Assembly (NCBI GenBank): GCA_037142195.1
Contig: JBAXBA010000012.1
Coordinates: 1 to 58,144 of the forward strand
Direction: 5' to 3'
DNA length: 58,144 bases
Source: Pseudomonadota bacterium
GTDB taxonomy: Bacteria > Bdellovibrionota_B > Oligoflexia > Oligoflexales > CAIMVM01
Numbering within the stretch: position 1 is the stretch's first letter; every line of letters begins with the position of its first letter. Shown here in pieces: positions 19,652 to 30,204 of the stretch. The position numbers were made by a program, and so were the translations under genes. The notes beneath the pieces were generated by a model. The model was not told the origin of the DNA, did no database searches, and saw only the letters and a program-made list of their open reading frames with translations.

Positions 19652-20152
19652 ATGATGATTTCAAGGTACTTAGTCGCAATAGTGACAATGACTGTTTTAG
19701 GCTTCGTGCAAAAAAGCTATGGATCATCTTTTTGCGAAACGACCTCCCGCGAGATGGCAAATTCATCAGCTCAGCTAGATAAAGCACAAGCATCAAAGAT
19801 CTCAGGTCTCATATTAGATCGCCTCAAAAAGGGCGACACAAATCAATATGTAGCGTTAAATGAAGATATATACATGGGCTTGGAATCGTTTTTTCCAGAA
19901 GCTAAATTGCGTGCGGGAAGAACATTTTTTATAAACGCATGGGATTTAAATCGCCTTCTTGAAATGCAATCAAAATTAGATCTCGTCGTCATTGGAAAAC
20001 TCAGTTCAGATCAAATTAGAAAAGTTGAAAAAGCTCTCGTTGGCACAGGCATTAGAATCTTCTATTTAACTTTCAAAGATAATTCCGAAATGAAATCCCT
20101 ATCTGAGCAGTCCGGCGGAAAACAAATCCTCCTACCGGCTTCTTGTGACTAG
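19652..20152 (+). CDS. Small secreted hypothetical protein, C-terminus reminiscent of a VWA-type alpha/beta fold
   Basis: Signal peptide, GAGG RBS, Cys near each end, GIRIFYLTF...MKSLSEQSGGKQI. Confidence 0.6.
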   Translation: MMISRYLVAIVTMTVLGFVQKSYGSSFCETTSREMANSSAQLDKAQASKISGLILDRLKKGDTNQYVALNEDIYMGLESFFPEAKLRAGRTFFINAWDLNRLLEMQSKLDLVVIGKLSSDQIRKVEKALVGTGIRIFYLTFKDNSEMKSLSEQSGGKQILLPASCD

Positions 20153-20216
20153 ATTTTCAGTATCAAAAAGATTTTGCAATTCGCAAGCGGAATGACTCCG
20201 ACTCAAATCTAACTGT

Positions 20217-22058
20217 TTACATCTTTTCAACAGTCTCGATACCCAATAGCTTAAGGCCGCGACTTAAAGTCTCGCCAAAAGCTGCTACCAATCCCAGCCG
20301 GCTTTCAATTAGGTCCTTATCTGACGCCCTTAACACGGGTGTTTCGGCATAGAATCGATTGAAGTCTTTGCACATCTCATAAAGATGATTCGCTAGTGTT
20401 GATGGCCGATGATTTCTAGACGCTGCGACTACAGCTCCATTAAAATCATAAATTGATCGAATCAAAACTTTTTCTGCTTCCGAATCCACTCTATCTAGAT
20501 GCTTTAAGTGCGGGGAATATCCTTCTACCTCCCCTTTCGCCAATATCGAGCAAGTGCGGGCATAGGCATACATTAAATAGGGACCAGAATCCCCTTCGAA
20601 ATTCACCCATAGTTTCGGCTCAAAGACAATTTCTCTATTGGGATCCATGGACAGCATACCGTACTTAATTGCACCTAATGTTAGTATTTCCCCAGTTTCC
20701 TTGATTTGTTCTGGCGTCCAATCGCCAACATACTTTTGAAGATGTCGACTAATTTCAGATTCTACTAAATCTTTTAACTGACGAAATGTAAACGAATTGC
20801 CTTTCCTTGATGACATCTTTCCTTCAGGAAGAACCACCATACCATAAGCCAAATGATAGCATTGCTTTGCTTGTTCAAACCCCATCATTTCTAGCACCTT
20901 AAAGAGCTGCTTAAAGTGAAAGGTCTGCTCATCTGCAACCACATAGATTGACCGCTCAATTTTAAAATCTCTAAATTTCCTTCTGGCGAGCGCTAAATCC
21001 TTAGTAATATAAAGGGAGTTTCCATCGCGTTTTCTCGCTAAAAAATAACCTAACTTAAAGTCCTTTAAATCTACACCATAGGCCCCATCTGATTCCGTAA
21101 AGATGCCAGATTTTATGCCCTCATCAACAATATCCTGACACTCACCGCTAACTTCTGACTCATAAAAAATGTGGTCAAATCTGACGCCTAGCCATTTATA
21201 GATTTCTTCGAAGCTTTCCAAGCAGTCGGCTCTAGACGACTTCCACAGTTCGAAACTCTCACCTTTTTGACTTTCAATGCTCTTTAAAATATCGGAGATT
21301 TCACTTAGATAAATCTTCTTTTGGCCTTCATCTGCGCCATCAAGTTTTAAGGTAGCTTCAATATATCTTTGATTGTACCACTCCGCCTTATTGGTTGCGG
21401 TAGACAAACTATCAGGATGCTCTCTCAGATAGGACTTCATCTGCCAAATACATTTAGCAACATGGGCCCCTTCGTCTCCAATATAGTTAACTGGCACGAC
21501 GGGAAAGCCATTGTAACGATATATTTGTACGAGACTATCCCCTAGACAAACATTTCTACCATGCCCTACATGAAATTCTTTATGAGTATTGGGCTGAGAA
21601 AACTCAACCATGGTTTTTGTCATCTGATTCGTTTTAGAGTCTGACAATATCTTAAAAAATTTGCCGTTAAGTACATTGGGCAATGTAAACTCAGCCATCT
21701 GCTTAGGATTCACAAATATGTTCAAAAAAGCGCTTTTCACTTCAATGCGCTCGATCCAAGGATTCCCTGATGCGCGAAGTTGATCAGCAAGTGCCTCAGC
21801 CACAACAGCTGGTGCTTTACGAAGAGATTTGGAAAATCTAAAACAAGGAAATGCAAAATCACCCAAGGCAGACTCTGGCGGTTTTTCAATGCTCAAGGCT
21901 AACTCTGCCAGAGTTTGGGTATAGTCTACACCGGCATCCAGAAATAGCTTCGCGGCGCTGTCAAATATAGCTCGAGAAAGATGATCCCGAGCAGGATCGT
22001 GCGACTGCATTTCAAGCGGCAGCCGTGTAGATAGACCAGAGTGGGACGGATTCGGCAT
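20217..22058 (-). CDS. argS: Arginine--tRNA ligase
   Basis: GDFAFPCF, VEFSQPNTHK.FHVGHGRN, KMSSRKG, FEGDSGPYLMYAYAR. Confidence 0.98.
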   Translation of the reverse strand: MPNPSHSGLSTRLPLEMQSHDPARDHLSRAIFDSAAKLFLDAGVDYTQTLAELALSIEKPPESALGDFAFPCFRFSKSLRKAPAVVAEALADQLRASGNPWIERIEVKSAFLNIFVNPKQMAEFTLPNVLNGKFFKILSDSKTNQMTKTMVEFSQPNTHKEFHVGHGRNVCLGDSLVQIYRYNGFPVVPVNYIGDEGAHVAKCIWQMKSYLREHPDSLSTATNKAEWYNQRYIEATLKLDGADEGQKKIYLSEISDILKSIESQKGESFELWKSSRADCLESFEEIYKWLGVRFDHIFYESEVSGECQDIVDEGIKSGIFTESDGAYGVDLKDFKLGYFLARKRDGNSLYITKDLALARRKFRDFKIERSIYVVADEQTFHFKQLFKVLEMMGFEQAKQCYHLAYGMVVLPEGKMSSRKGNSFTFRQLKDLVESEISRHLQKYVGDWTPEQIKETGEILTLGAIKYGMLSMDPNREIVFEPKLWVNFEGDSGPYLMYAYARTCSILAKGEVEGYSPHLKHLDRVDSEAEKVLIRSIYDFNGAVVAASRNHRPSTLANHLYEMCKDFNRFYAETPVLRASDKDLIESRLGLVAAFGETLSRGLKLLGIETVEKM

Positions 22059-22328
22059 GGCTTAGACCTCCAAAGAGACGATGATCCTACCATAGCAGAC
22101 AGAAAATTCAAATGCGGATCAGGCGTTAAACAGCAATACCTATAGCCATGTCGTGGGGTTAAGTCTTCAAAATTGCACCCTCAAAGGAAGTCTACAAAGA
22201 AGCTTCAAAATCTAACTGGTCAATAATTATCCAACTCTAGGCTAAAGCATTGCCGACAAAAGGCTTGTCTTGCCTGACAATTTCCAAATAATCTGATAGG
22301 AATGATTCCCGACTATTTAGGAGTGCAA

Positions 22329-24242
22329 ATGCGGGTTATACGCGTTGGATCAGCATCTATCAATACAACCCCACTAGATTTCAAAAACAATGAACTCTTG
22401 ATCTTGAATGCTATAAATAGAGCGAAAGACAATAAAATACAGTTTTTGTGCCTACCTGAGCTCGTGATTTCTGGATACGGTTGTGAAGACGAGTTTTTAA
22501 ACTTAGGGACTTTAAGGCATTCTGAACAAATCTTAAAAAATTTAATCCCCCAAACTTTAGGCATGACCGTAGCCATTGGTCTAGCGGTTTACCATGAAGG
22601 TAGTCTCTATAATGGTGCGGCAATTGTAAATGACGGGAAACTAGTCGGGATCAATGCCAAGAAATTTTTGCCAAGAGAAGGCGTCCATTATGAGCCGCGT
22701 TGGTTTGCGCCATGGCCAAAAGGCCAAGTAAGCGAGATTGATTTTGCTGGATTTACTGTCCTGTTAGGTGATCTTACCTATAAAATTGGCGAAATAGGCT
22801 TAGGAGTTGAAATATGCGAAGAAGCCTGGGGACCTGAATCGGGCATAGAAGCCCATGTGGGAAGATGTGACCTTATCTTTAATCCTTCCGCTTCGCATTT
22901 TTCTATCGGGAAAGCAAAATTAAGGGAGCAGCTCGTCGCAGATGCCAGCCGTTCTCTGGGTGCTTGCTATATCTATTCCAATCTACGAGGACTAGAGGCC
23001 GGTAGAGTAATTTATGACGGATCTTCTATGATAGGTCTCAGCGGAGATATTGTAGCTCGAGCCGAGCGATTCGGTTATGAAACCATCTCCTTAGTGAGCT
23101 ATGATTTGGATCTCGATCTCGTTAGAGTCAATAAGCTTAAATCTAGATCTATGAAGTCTGCTACTGGAGATGTTACGGCTGGGAGAACCGTCCACCTTCC
23201 GAAGCGAGATGATGTAAAAAATACAATTGCTCCCATTTTCTCAAAACAGTCTCCTTTAACGGTTGAAGAAGAGTTTCAAGAGGCTGCTATGGTAGGGCTT
23301 TTCGATTATCTTAGAAAAACTAAAGCCAAGGGGTTTGCCATTTCTCTTAGCGGGGGATGTGATTCTTCAGTATGTGCTTACCTTTGTGCCAATATGTTCA
23401 AAACTGCATTTGATGAGCTTGGCCAATCCAGGTTTTCTAATTTAACAGGAATAGAAGCCTCTTCCAGTGAGGAACTCATAAACAAATCTTTGACGTGTTT
23501 ATATCAAGCTTCCAAGTTTTCCACTAACACGACAGAAACCGCCGCCCAAACATTAGCTCTTGAGCTCCATGCAAAATATGCACGATTTGATGTTCAAACC
23601 ATTATCTCCCATTATATCTTACTTGTAGAGACCTCTTTAGGGCGTCCCTTAGATTGGACTCACGACGACCTTGCTTTACAGAACATCCAGGCAAGAAGCC
23701 GAGGACCCGGTGTTTGGATGTTAGCAAATATCGAACAGAAAATTCTATTAGCCACATCGAATCGTAGCGAAGCCTCCGTAGGTTACGTCACTATGGATGG
23801 AGACTCTGCTGGAGGTTTAGCGCCGATTGCAGGTGTAGATAAGGTATTCCTAAAGAACTGGATCCATTGGGTGCTGATGAAGAATCACCGCGGTTTCGGC
23901 CGCGTAAAAGCCTTTGAACTCGTGGCTGCTCAGCAGCCGACTGCCGAGCTCAGACCTTCTGTTCAAACTGATGAAGCAGATTTAATGCCGTATGAGGTCC
24001 TTGGGGAGATTGAACGACTTATGGTGCGAGACAAGATGGCTACAGAGGAAATTATAGGCATCTTGGTCGTGGCATTTCCTAGCTATACTCAAAATCAGCT
24101 TGAGGCTTGGACTCAGAAGTTTCGGCGTCTTTGGCGGAGCAACCAGTGGAAGAGAGAGCGCCTTGCCCCTTCTTTTCATTTAGCTGATTACAACGTAGAT
24201 CCCAAGAGCTGGTGCCGTTTTCCGATTATTTCAGGTTCTTGA
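22329..24242 (+). CDS. nadE: Glutamine-dependent NAD+ synthetase
   Basis: Nitrilase domain (PEL..SGY, K, YE.RWF, EICEE) plus [37 protein letters not shown] before ATG 22329. Confidence 0.96.
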   Translation: MRVIRVGSASINTTPLDFKNNELLILNAINRAKDNKIQFLCLPELVISGYGCEDEFLNLGTLRHSEQILKNLIPQTLGMTVAIGLAVYHEGSLYNGAAIVNDGKLVGINAKKFLPREGVHYEPRWFAPWPKGQVSEIDFAGFTVLLGDLTYKIGEIGLGVEICEEAWGPESGIEAHVGRCDLIFNPSASHFSIGKAKLREQLVADASRSLGACYIYSNLRGLEAGRVIYDGSSMIGLSGDIVARAERFGYETISLVSYDLDLDLVRVNKLKSRSMKSATGDVTAGRTVHLPKRDDVKNTIAPIFSKQSPLTVEEEFQEAAMVGLFDYLRKTKAKGFAISLSGGCDSSVCAYLCANMFKTAFDELGQSRFSNLTGIEASSSEELINKSLTCLYQASKFSTNTTETAAQTLALELHAKYARFDVQTIISHYILLVETSLGRPLDWTHDDLALQNIQARSRGPGVWMLANIEQKILLATSNRSEASVGYVTMDGDSAGGLAPIAGVDKVFLKNWIHWVLMKNHRGFGRVKAFELVAAQQPTAELRPSVQTDEADLMPYEVLGEIERLMVRDKMATEEIIGILVVAFPSYTQNQLEAWTQKFRRLWRSNQWKRERLAPSFHLADYNVDPKSWCRFPIISGS

Positions 24243-24384
24243 AAAACCGACGGTGTCGGCAGGTTTTGAGAACCTTGATCTACCGGCAAATGCAGGGATT
24301 CCGCCTGCTAAAAGCGGTAGGCTCTCTCTTAAGTTTATGCTAGATTGCCCCAAACATTGTTCAATTGCCGCACTAGGAGCGCTC

Positions 24385-25425
24385 ATGTCACTTATACCTT
24401 TAAGAACTCTTCTCGACCACGCCGCTGAATTTCAGTATGGAGTAGGTGCATTCAACGTAAATAATATGGAGCAAATTCAGTCGATCATGGAAGCTGCCCA
24501 TGAAACAGATAGCCCAGTGATCATACAAGCTTCACGCGGCGCTCGCGCCTATAGTCAAGACAAATACCTGACTCATTTAATGATAGCAGCCACAGAACTT
24601 TATCCTCATATTCCAATCGTCATGCATCAGGACCATGGAAACAGTCCCGCCACTTGTTTCAGTGCCATTAAAAATGGCTTCACTTCAGTTATGATGGACG
24701 GCTCCCTAAAAGAAGACGGAAAAAGCCCTGGAGACTTTGAATATAATGTCGCTGTTACAAAGAAAGTAGTCGAAGTAGCTCATGCCTTTGGAGTCTCTGT
24801 AGAAGGGGAATTGGGCTGCCTAGGATCCCTTGAAACAGGACAAGGCGAAAAAGAAGACGGCCATGGCTTTGACGGAGTTCTTTCCAAAGACCAACTCCTC
24901 ACGAGTCCAGATGAAGCCTCAGAATTTGTAAAGCGCACCGGCGTAGACGCTCTCGCAGTTGCTATCGGAACAAGCCATGGAGCCTATAAGTTTACGCGTA
25001 AGCCCGATGGCGATATTCTGTCCCTACGCACGATTTCTGAAATTCATAAGAAACTGCCAAATACCCATTTAGTCATGCATGGATCTTCATCAGTCCCTCA
25101 GAACTTGCAAGATCTCGTAAATAAATACGGTGGCAAGATCAAACAAACTTATGGTGTTCCCGTTGAAGAAATTCAGAAAGCCATAAAAATAGGCGTCAGA
25201 AAGATCAACGTAGATACCGATAACCGCTTAGCCATAACGGCTGCTATCCGTAAAGTCTTCGCTGAGAAGCCTGAAGAATTTGACCCAAGAAGCTACCTTA
25301 AGCCTTCCAGGGAAGCTATGAAAGCCGTCGTAAAAGAGCGCATGGTGCAATTTGGCCAGGCAGGACAAGCATCGAAAATCAGACAAGTAACTCTTGAAGA
25401 CATGGCCAAAAAGTACTTCTCTTAA
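24385..25425 (+). CDS. fba: Fructose-bisphosphate aldolase class II
   Basis: [61 protein letters not shown] before ATG 24385. Confidence 0.97.
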   Translation: MSLIPLRTLLDHAAEFQYGVGAFNVNNMEQIQSIMEAAHETDSPVIIQASRGARAYSQDKYLTHLMIAATELYPHIPIVMHQDHGNSPATCFSAIKNGFTSVMMDGSLKEDGKSPGDFEYNVAVTKKVVEVAHAFGVSVEGELGCLGSLETGQGEKEDGHGFDGVLSKDQLLTSPDEASEFVKRTGVDALAVAIGTSHGAYKFTRKPDGDILSLRTISEIHKKLPNTHLVMHGSSSVPQNLQDLVNKYGGKIKQTYGVPVEEIQKAIKIGVRKINVDTDNRLAITAAIRKVFAEKPEEFDPRSYLKPSREAMKAVVKERMVQFGQAGQASKIRQVTLEDMAKKYFS

Positions 25426-25573
25426 TAAAGGATAAGTTTCCATGATCTCTTTTTAAATCATGGGAGGCTCTTGTTGTTAAGATACAGGTTGAATCCGCTG
25501 AAAGTGGATGCCCTCAACAGACTAGTTTTGGGCCATTAGACAATCGACTAAGCCTTTAAAAGACGAACTCTAC

Positions 25574-25616
25574 GAGGTGTGTTTGGCAAAATCTTGCCGA
25601 ACATACCTCTCTTTAT
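25574..25616 (+). terminator. 16-bp hairpin followed by TCTTTAT (terminator or 3' end of an sRNA)
   Basis: GAGGTGTGTTTGGCAA-AATC-TTGCCGAACATACCTC; fully paired on + strand using two G-U pairs. Confidence 0.6.
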
Positions 25617-25826
25617 ACGCAAAGATAACCCATAGTCCCATCGCAAGTGCCATGCCGGTCAGGACTTTTGTCACCTATTCAAATTCTAGTGAAGAAACCT
25701 CATGATAGCGTCGAGTCTTTCTCGAAAGCACGAAGCTCTATGAATTGGAATGGTCCCCTCCCTATGGGAATTGAGGAAGAGCTAATCATCGAAGTGGCAG
25801 AGGCAAATGGTATCTAACGGGAAAGA

Positions 25827-26096
25827 CTATCTTTTAGTCTTCTTTTTGGGAGCTGTTTTTTTGCTTCCTGAAGTCCGATTCCCTTTATCGACGAGCTCGA
25901 TTTGAAAATTTACTTTTAAGGCTTTAGAATCGACAATTTTTTGGAGGGGGTCTTTAACCATGGCAGCAAAAGCCATCCCCATTTCTCGACCAAGCACCGT
26001 TATGACTTCATTTTTGCCTTTACCAGCGGACTTTAGAACTGCGGAGAACAGCTCTTTCACTAAATCCTGTCGATCTTTTGCGCTATCAAAAAACAT
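25827..26096 (-). CDS. Hypothetical protein, helical with Lys-rich tail
   Basis: 89-aa ORF, GAGG RBS, coupled to upstream ORF. Confidence 0.65.
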   Translation of the reverse strand: MFFDSAKDRQDLVKELFSAVLKSAGKGKNEVITVLGREMGMAFAAMVKDPLQKIVDSKALKVNFQIELVDKGNRTSGSKKTAPKKKTKR

Positions 26097-26097
26097 A

Positions 26098-26382
26098 TCA
26101 GTCCTCTAAAAGTTTTGAAATGTTATCTAAATCCAAATTCCCTTGAATAAACTCTACACGCGGTTGTTCCGCAAAAATTTGGTTTTTAAGGCGATGAGAG
26201 AGAGCCTCGGAGTCTTCGTCATGAAAATCGTGATCAAGTAGGCGGGCAATCGATTTTTGATCTCTAGGACGAGCCGTCACTGCCGACCATCTTTTAAGCT
26301 CTTCTTCAATTTGGATGTTCCTTAATGCCCTAAGACGATCTATATTTTCACTTGAATTCGCCTTAATGATTCTAAGTCCCAT
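26098..26382 (-). CDS. Hypothetical protein
   Basis: 94-aa ORF with strong AAGGAGG RBS. Confidence 0.7.
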   Translation of the reverse strand: MGLRIIKANSSENIDRLRALRNIQIEEELKRWSAVTARPRDQKSIARLLDHDFHDEDSEALSHRLKNQIFAEQPRVEFIQGNLDLDNISKLLED

Positions 26383-26502
26383 ATGTCCTCCTTAAACTCC
26401 TAGTGCAAGTATCCCATAGGGCTGGGAGGGCGCATAGGGAAAAGGATGCCGATCAAGTGAGCTCTAGGATTCCATTCTAAAGACGTAAGGAGGTAGTTCT
26501 AA

Positions 26503-27852
26503 ATGCCGAAAAAGCCAATGAAACAGCTTAAAACATCAACTTGGGAGCGAAGCCTCTCCATGATGGGAGTTGGCATCAAAGGGAGTATTTTTGCGGCTAA
26601 ATATGCTTTTGCGAAGGCAAATCAAAGCGCCTCCCTAGGTGACACCGCTCTATTAGGTGCTGCTGAACTTTTTGCCTCAGAACTTGATAAGCTTAAGGGC
26701 AGCCTGCATAAAGCCGGACAACTCATGAGTGTGTTTGGGGAGTTCTTCCTTCCTGCGGAAGTAACTAAAGTTCTAGAAAAGCTGCAAGCACAATCCACTC
26801 CTGTCGAATGGAGTCAAATCGAGAAGTCGTTGATTCGAAATCTTGGTTCAGAGACCTTAAAGGAACTTGAAATCGATAGGACACCGTTCGCGGCAGCTTC
26901 GATGGGTCAGGTTTATCGTGCAAAGTATCGTGGTCAAGATATTGTTTTAAAAGTCCAGTATCCCGGCATTGACAAATCCATTGACAGTGACATCCAAACC
27001 CTAAAATTGCTTTTTAAAATCACCAAAATATTGCCCGATAGCGATGCCTTTCAGGGTATTTTTGATGAGATTAAAGCTATGCTCATTAGGGAAACCGACT
27101 ACAATCTCGAAAGAGAAACCATGGAGCTCATGCGAAGCAAGCTCCCAGAAAAGGGGCCATGGATCATTCCCAAGACCTATCCGGAACTGTCATCCAAAAG
27201 GATTTTAGCTATGGAATTTATTCCTGGCGTACAAATCAATGACCCCATACTCCTCCAATTGTCCCAAGAACGGCGCAATCTCATCGCCTCTGCGCTTTTG
27301 GAGTCGCTTTTTAACGAGCTTTTTGTCTGGCGTCTGATCCAATCAGATGCTCATCCTGGAAATTACCTTGTTCAAATGTCTGAGACAGGCGACAAACTTG
27401 TGCTTTTAGACTATGGAGCCATGCGCAAACTTCCCGAAAAATTCGTATCTCAATTTAGGAAAATGAGCTTAGGAGCTTTGAATCATGACAAGGAAATTGT
27501 CATAAAGTGCGGAAAAAATCTTGACTACCTTAGAGACGAAGATGATGAATTAGCTGAAAAAATATTTTTTGATATCTGCTGTAAATCTTTAACTGGTTTT
27601 ATGCCCGAAAATGAAAGTTCAAGTATTGACGGAAGTATTTGGTCCAATAATGATTTCCATTGGCACGAAAATCACGTGGTAACCCATATGGCGGGACTTG
27701 CAAGCAATGCTATTTTCAAAGCTAAAATGCGTCCCCCTCCACGTGAAGCCATTTTCCTCGACCGGAAGCTTGCAGGTGTTTTTGCAATTTTGTCGCGACT
27801 TCAGGTCATCTATGGACCTGGAAAACTACTCAGGCGTTATTTGGAAGCTTAG
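26503..27852 (+). CDS. AarF/ABC1/UbiB family atypical kinase
   Basis: LKG...KAGQ, PFAAASMGQVYRA, VLKVQYPGI, ETDY..E, DAHPGN, LLDYG. Confidence 0.93.
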   Translation: MPKKPMKQLKTSTWERSLSMMGVGIKGSIFAAKYAFAKANQSASLGDTALLGAAELFASELDKLKGSLHKAGQLMSVFGEFFLPAEVTKVLEKLQAQSTPVEWSQIEKSLIRNLGSETLKELEIDRTPFAAASMGQVYRAKYRGQDIVLKVQYPGIDKSIDSDIQTLKLLFKITKILPDSDAFQGIFDEIKAMLIRETDYNLERETMELMRSKLPEKGPWIIPKTYPELSSKRILAMEFIPGVQINDPILLQLSQERRNLIASALLESLFNELFVWRLIQSDAHPGNYLVQMSETGDKLVLLDYGAMRKLPEKFVSQFRKMSLGALNHDKEIVIKCGKNLDYLRDEDDELAEKIFFDICCKSLTGFMPENESSSIDGSIWSNNDFHWHENHVVTHMAGLASNAIFKAKMRPPPREAIFLDRKLAGVFAILSRLQVIYGPGKLLRRYLEA

Positions 27853-28032
27853 CTGTTTCTTACTTTTAAAGACTCGCCCTTTGCAGTTTTGATCAGTCAA
27901 AATAAAGCAATAGTTACAAGAATTTATGGCCTTTCCAAAATCTCTAAAAATCGATCGATACGAACTAATTTTTCTATTTTTTTTCTCATGACAAATAGTT
28001 GAGGATAGAAATATAAAAAGAAGGAGACGCTT

Positions 28033-28386
28033 ATGATGATTGTATTTAGAGGACTTAAAGGATCAAAAGCACTAAGAGATGAGATCCAGGACAAAATCGA
28101 GTACTTAGCAAAGAAGTTTCCGTTTATTCACTTAGCAAATGCTAGGGCCGTGGTGAGTATGGAAAACTCACCTTGGAAGCCCGGTCGCGATGCCTACGGC
28201 TTCAAGGTGATCGTACCACGAACTGGCCACACTCCTATGGTTATTGAGAAAAAATCCATGGAACTCTCCCATGCGATTTCTGAAGTTTTAGATGGTATTT
28301 TGGAGTCAGGTAGAAGGGGTCAAGAAAAAGCAGGATTTAAAGCTACAAGCCGAATCGCCAAACTTAAGCGAAGGCTTGTTGCTTGA
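28033..28386 (+). CDS. HPF/RaiA family ribosome-associated protein
   Basis: I.FRGL..S.ALRD.I..KI..L.K N-terminus and C-terminal helix typical of the family; AAGGAG RBS. Confidence 0.65.
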   Translation: MMIVFRGLKGSKALRDEIQDKIEYLAKKFPFIHLANARAVVSMENSPWKPGRDAYGFKVIVPRTGHTPMVIEKKSMELSHAISEVLDGILESGRRGQEKAGFKATSRIAKLKRRLVA

Positions 28387-28508
28387 GGAATTGAAGATGC
28401 CTTCATAGCAACCTGCCCAAGCCAGGAGGAGCCTTTCTAGGATTGCTCCCAGAGTTGGCCCCATCAAAGCATAAAAACCCGAAATTCCTGTGGAATAGGA
28501 AAACTTGC

Positions 28509-28541
28509 AGGGTGCCTAAAAAAGACTTAGGCACCCTTTTT
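28509..28541 (+). terminator. Rho-independent terminator
   Basis: AGGGTGCCTAA-7nt-TTAGGCACCCT-TTTT. Confidence 0.8.
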
Positions 28542-28811
28542 CTCCCCCAAAAGCATCGCAACACTCTGATATTTAGACAAAATAGAGTACAACCCCCAAA
28601 GCCACCTCACCCTTGTTTCACGTGCCACCAAGACCTGGAAGACCCTATTTTGACAGGGAATTTCTACATGCCTTGCAGATTGGTAAGCTTCTCGTTTGAA
28701 TTTTTAAAAATTAGCATGGCAATCGCACTGAAAATTAGTGAAGTTAAGTTGCAACTCCAGGCAATCTAGACTACTTGATTCTCATATCGATTAAAGTTCA
28801 AGGGTCATTAG

Positions 28812-29987
28812 ATGAACGTCTCCCTATACATCCATATTCCTTTTTGCTCAGCCATTTGCCATTACTGTGATTTCGCAAAAACTGCCAACTGGAAACAAAA
28901 TATTTCCGATGTCTATTTTAAAAATCTCCTTCATCACGTGACGATTTGGGTAAACTGGATGAAGGCAAAACAATATACCTGTCCCACAGTTTTCTTTGGA
29001 GGGGGAACACCGGGACTTTTTACTTCCCCGTACGAACCCATTTTAGAAATTATTAAGCCCGTCCTTGCCAAAAATGCGGAAGTATCATTAGAAGCCAATC
29101 CTAACAACATCACAGAATCCTCACTTCAGGCTTGGAAAGAGTGCGGGTTCACTAGGCTCTCTCTCGGAATCCAATCTTTTCAGAAAGAACATCTTAAATT
29201 TTTAAGTCGAGATCACTCAAGCACAGAAGCGATCCATTCCATCAAATTAGCAAAATCTGAGTTTCCCAATCTGAATATTGACCTCATTTACGGAATCCCA
29301 GGTCAAACCTCTGAGGCCTGGCAATCTGACCTTGAAATGGCTCTGTCCTTAGATGTGGGGCATCTTAGTCTTTACAATCTCACTTGGGAGCCCCAAACCG
29401 TCCTCGGTCGACGTAAATTAAGAAAAAAAATTGTACCTGTGGCAGAAGACACGGAGTTTTCTTTCTATGAGCAGGCTCGAAAATTTTTGGATCGAGGTGG
29501 GCTCCATCATGAAGAGGTGAGCAATTGGTCAAGGCCGGAATATAGTTGCCAGCACAACTGGGTGTATTGGAAAGGGGGCTATTACATCGGAATAGGCTCA
29601 GGTGCCCATGGATTTTTGCCAACTGACTCTCCAGTGGGTCTACGCTACTCTTATCCTAAGAATGACCGAACTATGGACAAACTAAACCTTTCTCTATCTG
29701 AAGAACTCGGAGCTTCCTTGGAGGCTTCAGGTCTTATATTAGATAAGGAACGAAGATTAGATGATCTTCTATTAGAAATCATCGGCTCTTCTTTAAGGAC
29801 TCAGCAAGGGGTGCCCTTGGATTGGCTAGAAAGTACATGCAATAAAAAGTTAGGGATCCACGGAGACCTTAAAAACCTGATGCAGAAAGGCGACCTCACT
29901 TTAAAAGGCGGCTATCTCACGTTAGACCCTAAACAATGGTTTATGGAAAACTACTGGGCTGGAAAGATTGTAGAAGGATTGAAGTAG
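28812..29987 (+). CDS. hemW: Radical SAM haem chaperone HemW (HemN-like)
   Basis: LYIHIPFC...CHYCDF, FFGGGTP, EANP, RLSLGIQSF, DLIYGIPGQT, E.SNW, HN..YW, YIGIGSGAH. Confidence 0.9.
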   Translation: MNVSLYIHIPFCSAICHYCDFAKTANWKQNISDVYFKNLLHHVTIWVNWMKAKQYTCPTVFFGGGTPGLFTSPYEPILEIIKPVLAKNAEVSLEANPNNITESSLQAWKECGFTRLSLGIQSFQKEHLKFLSRDHSSTEAIHSIKLAKSEFPNLNIDLIYGIPGQTSEAWQSDLEMALSLDVGHLSLYNLTWEPQTVLGRRKLRKKIVPVAEDTEFSFYEQARKFLDRGGLHHEEVSNWSRPEYSCQHNWVYWKGGYYIGIGSGAHGFLPTDSPVGLRYSYPKNDRTMDKLNLSLSEELGASLEASGLILDKERRLDDLLLEIIGSSLRTQQGVPLDWLESTCNKKLGIHGDLKNLMQKGDLTLKGGYLTLDPKQWFMENYWAGKIVEGLK

Positions 29988-30204
29988 CATCCCTCCGAGA
30001 AAAAATCCGTTGAACGCTAAAATGCAACCCGCCCCTTTTCATAACCGTAACCGAAACAGGAAGTTTAAATATCTTCCTTCGAAGCGAGTCAGAGATCACA
30101 TGTCCTAGAAGGCATGGATAGCTTTCGACGGATTGGAACGGTTGATTCCTATTTTGCTTAAGAGACTCGCGTTAGCATCTGGCCTCTCTCATGGTTCCTG
30201 CAAC

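Noticed and set aside
24253..24384. N-terminal extension of Fba in the ORF track (likewise for hemJ, nadE, oppB, actF)
   Set aside because: Downstream starts have RBSs and match family N-termini
25485..25575. c-di-GMP-I riboswitch or HEARO/omega RNA resemblance
   Set aside because: Lacks the GCAAA..GAAA..ACGCAAAG core; no iscB/tnpB nearby; kept only as an unassigned sRNA candidate
25548..25604. 18-aa minus-strand ORF (MFGKILPNTPRRVRLLKA) with GAGG RBS, possible type I toxin
   Set aside because: Not hydrophobic; RBS and ATG are simply an arm of the hairpin
28443..28769. 108-aa ORF containing CFTCH
   Set aside because: TTG start, no signal peptide, and it spans a strong terminator; CxxCH is likely chance
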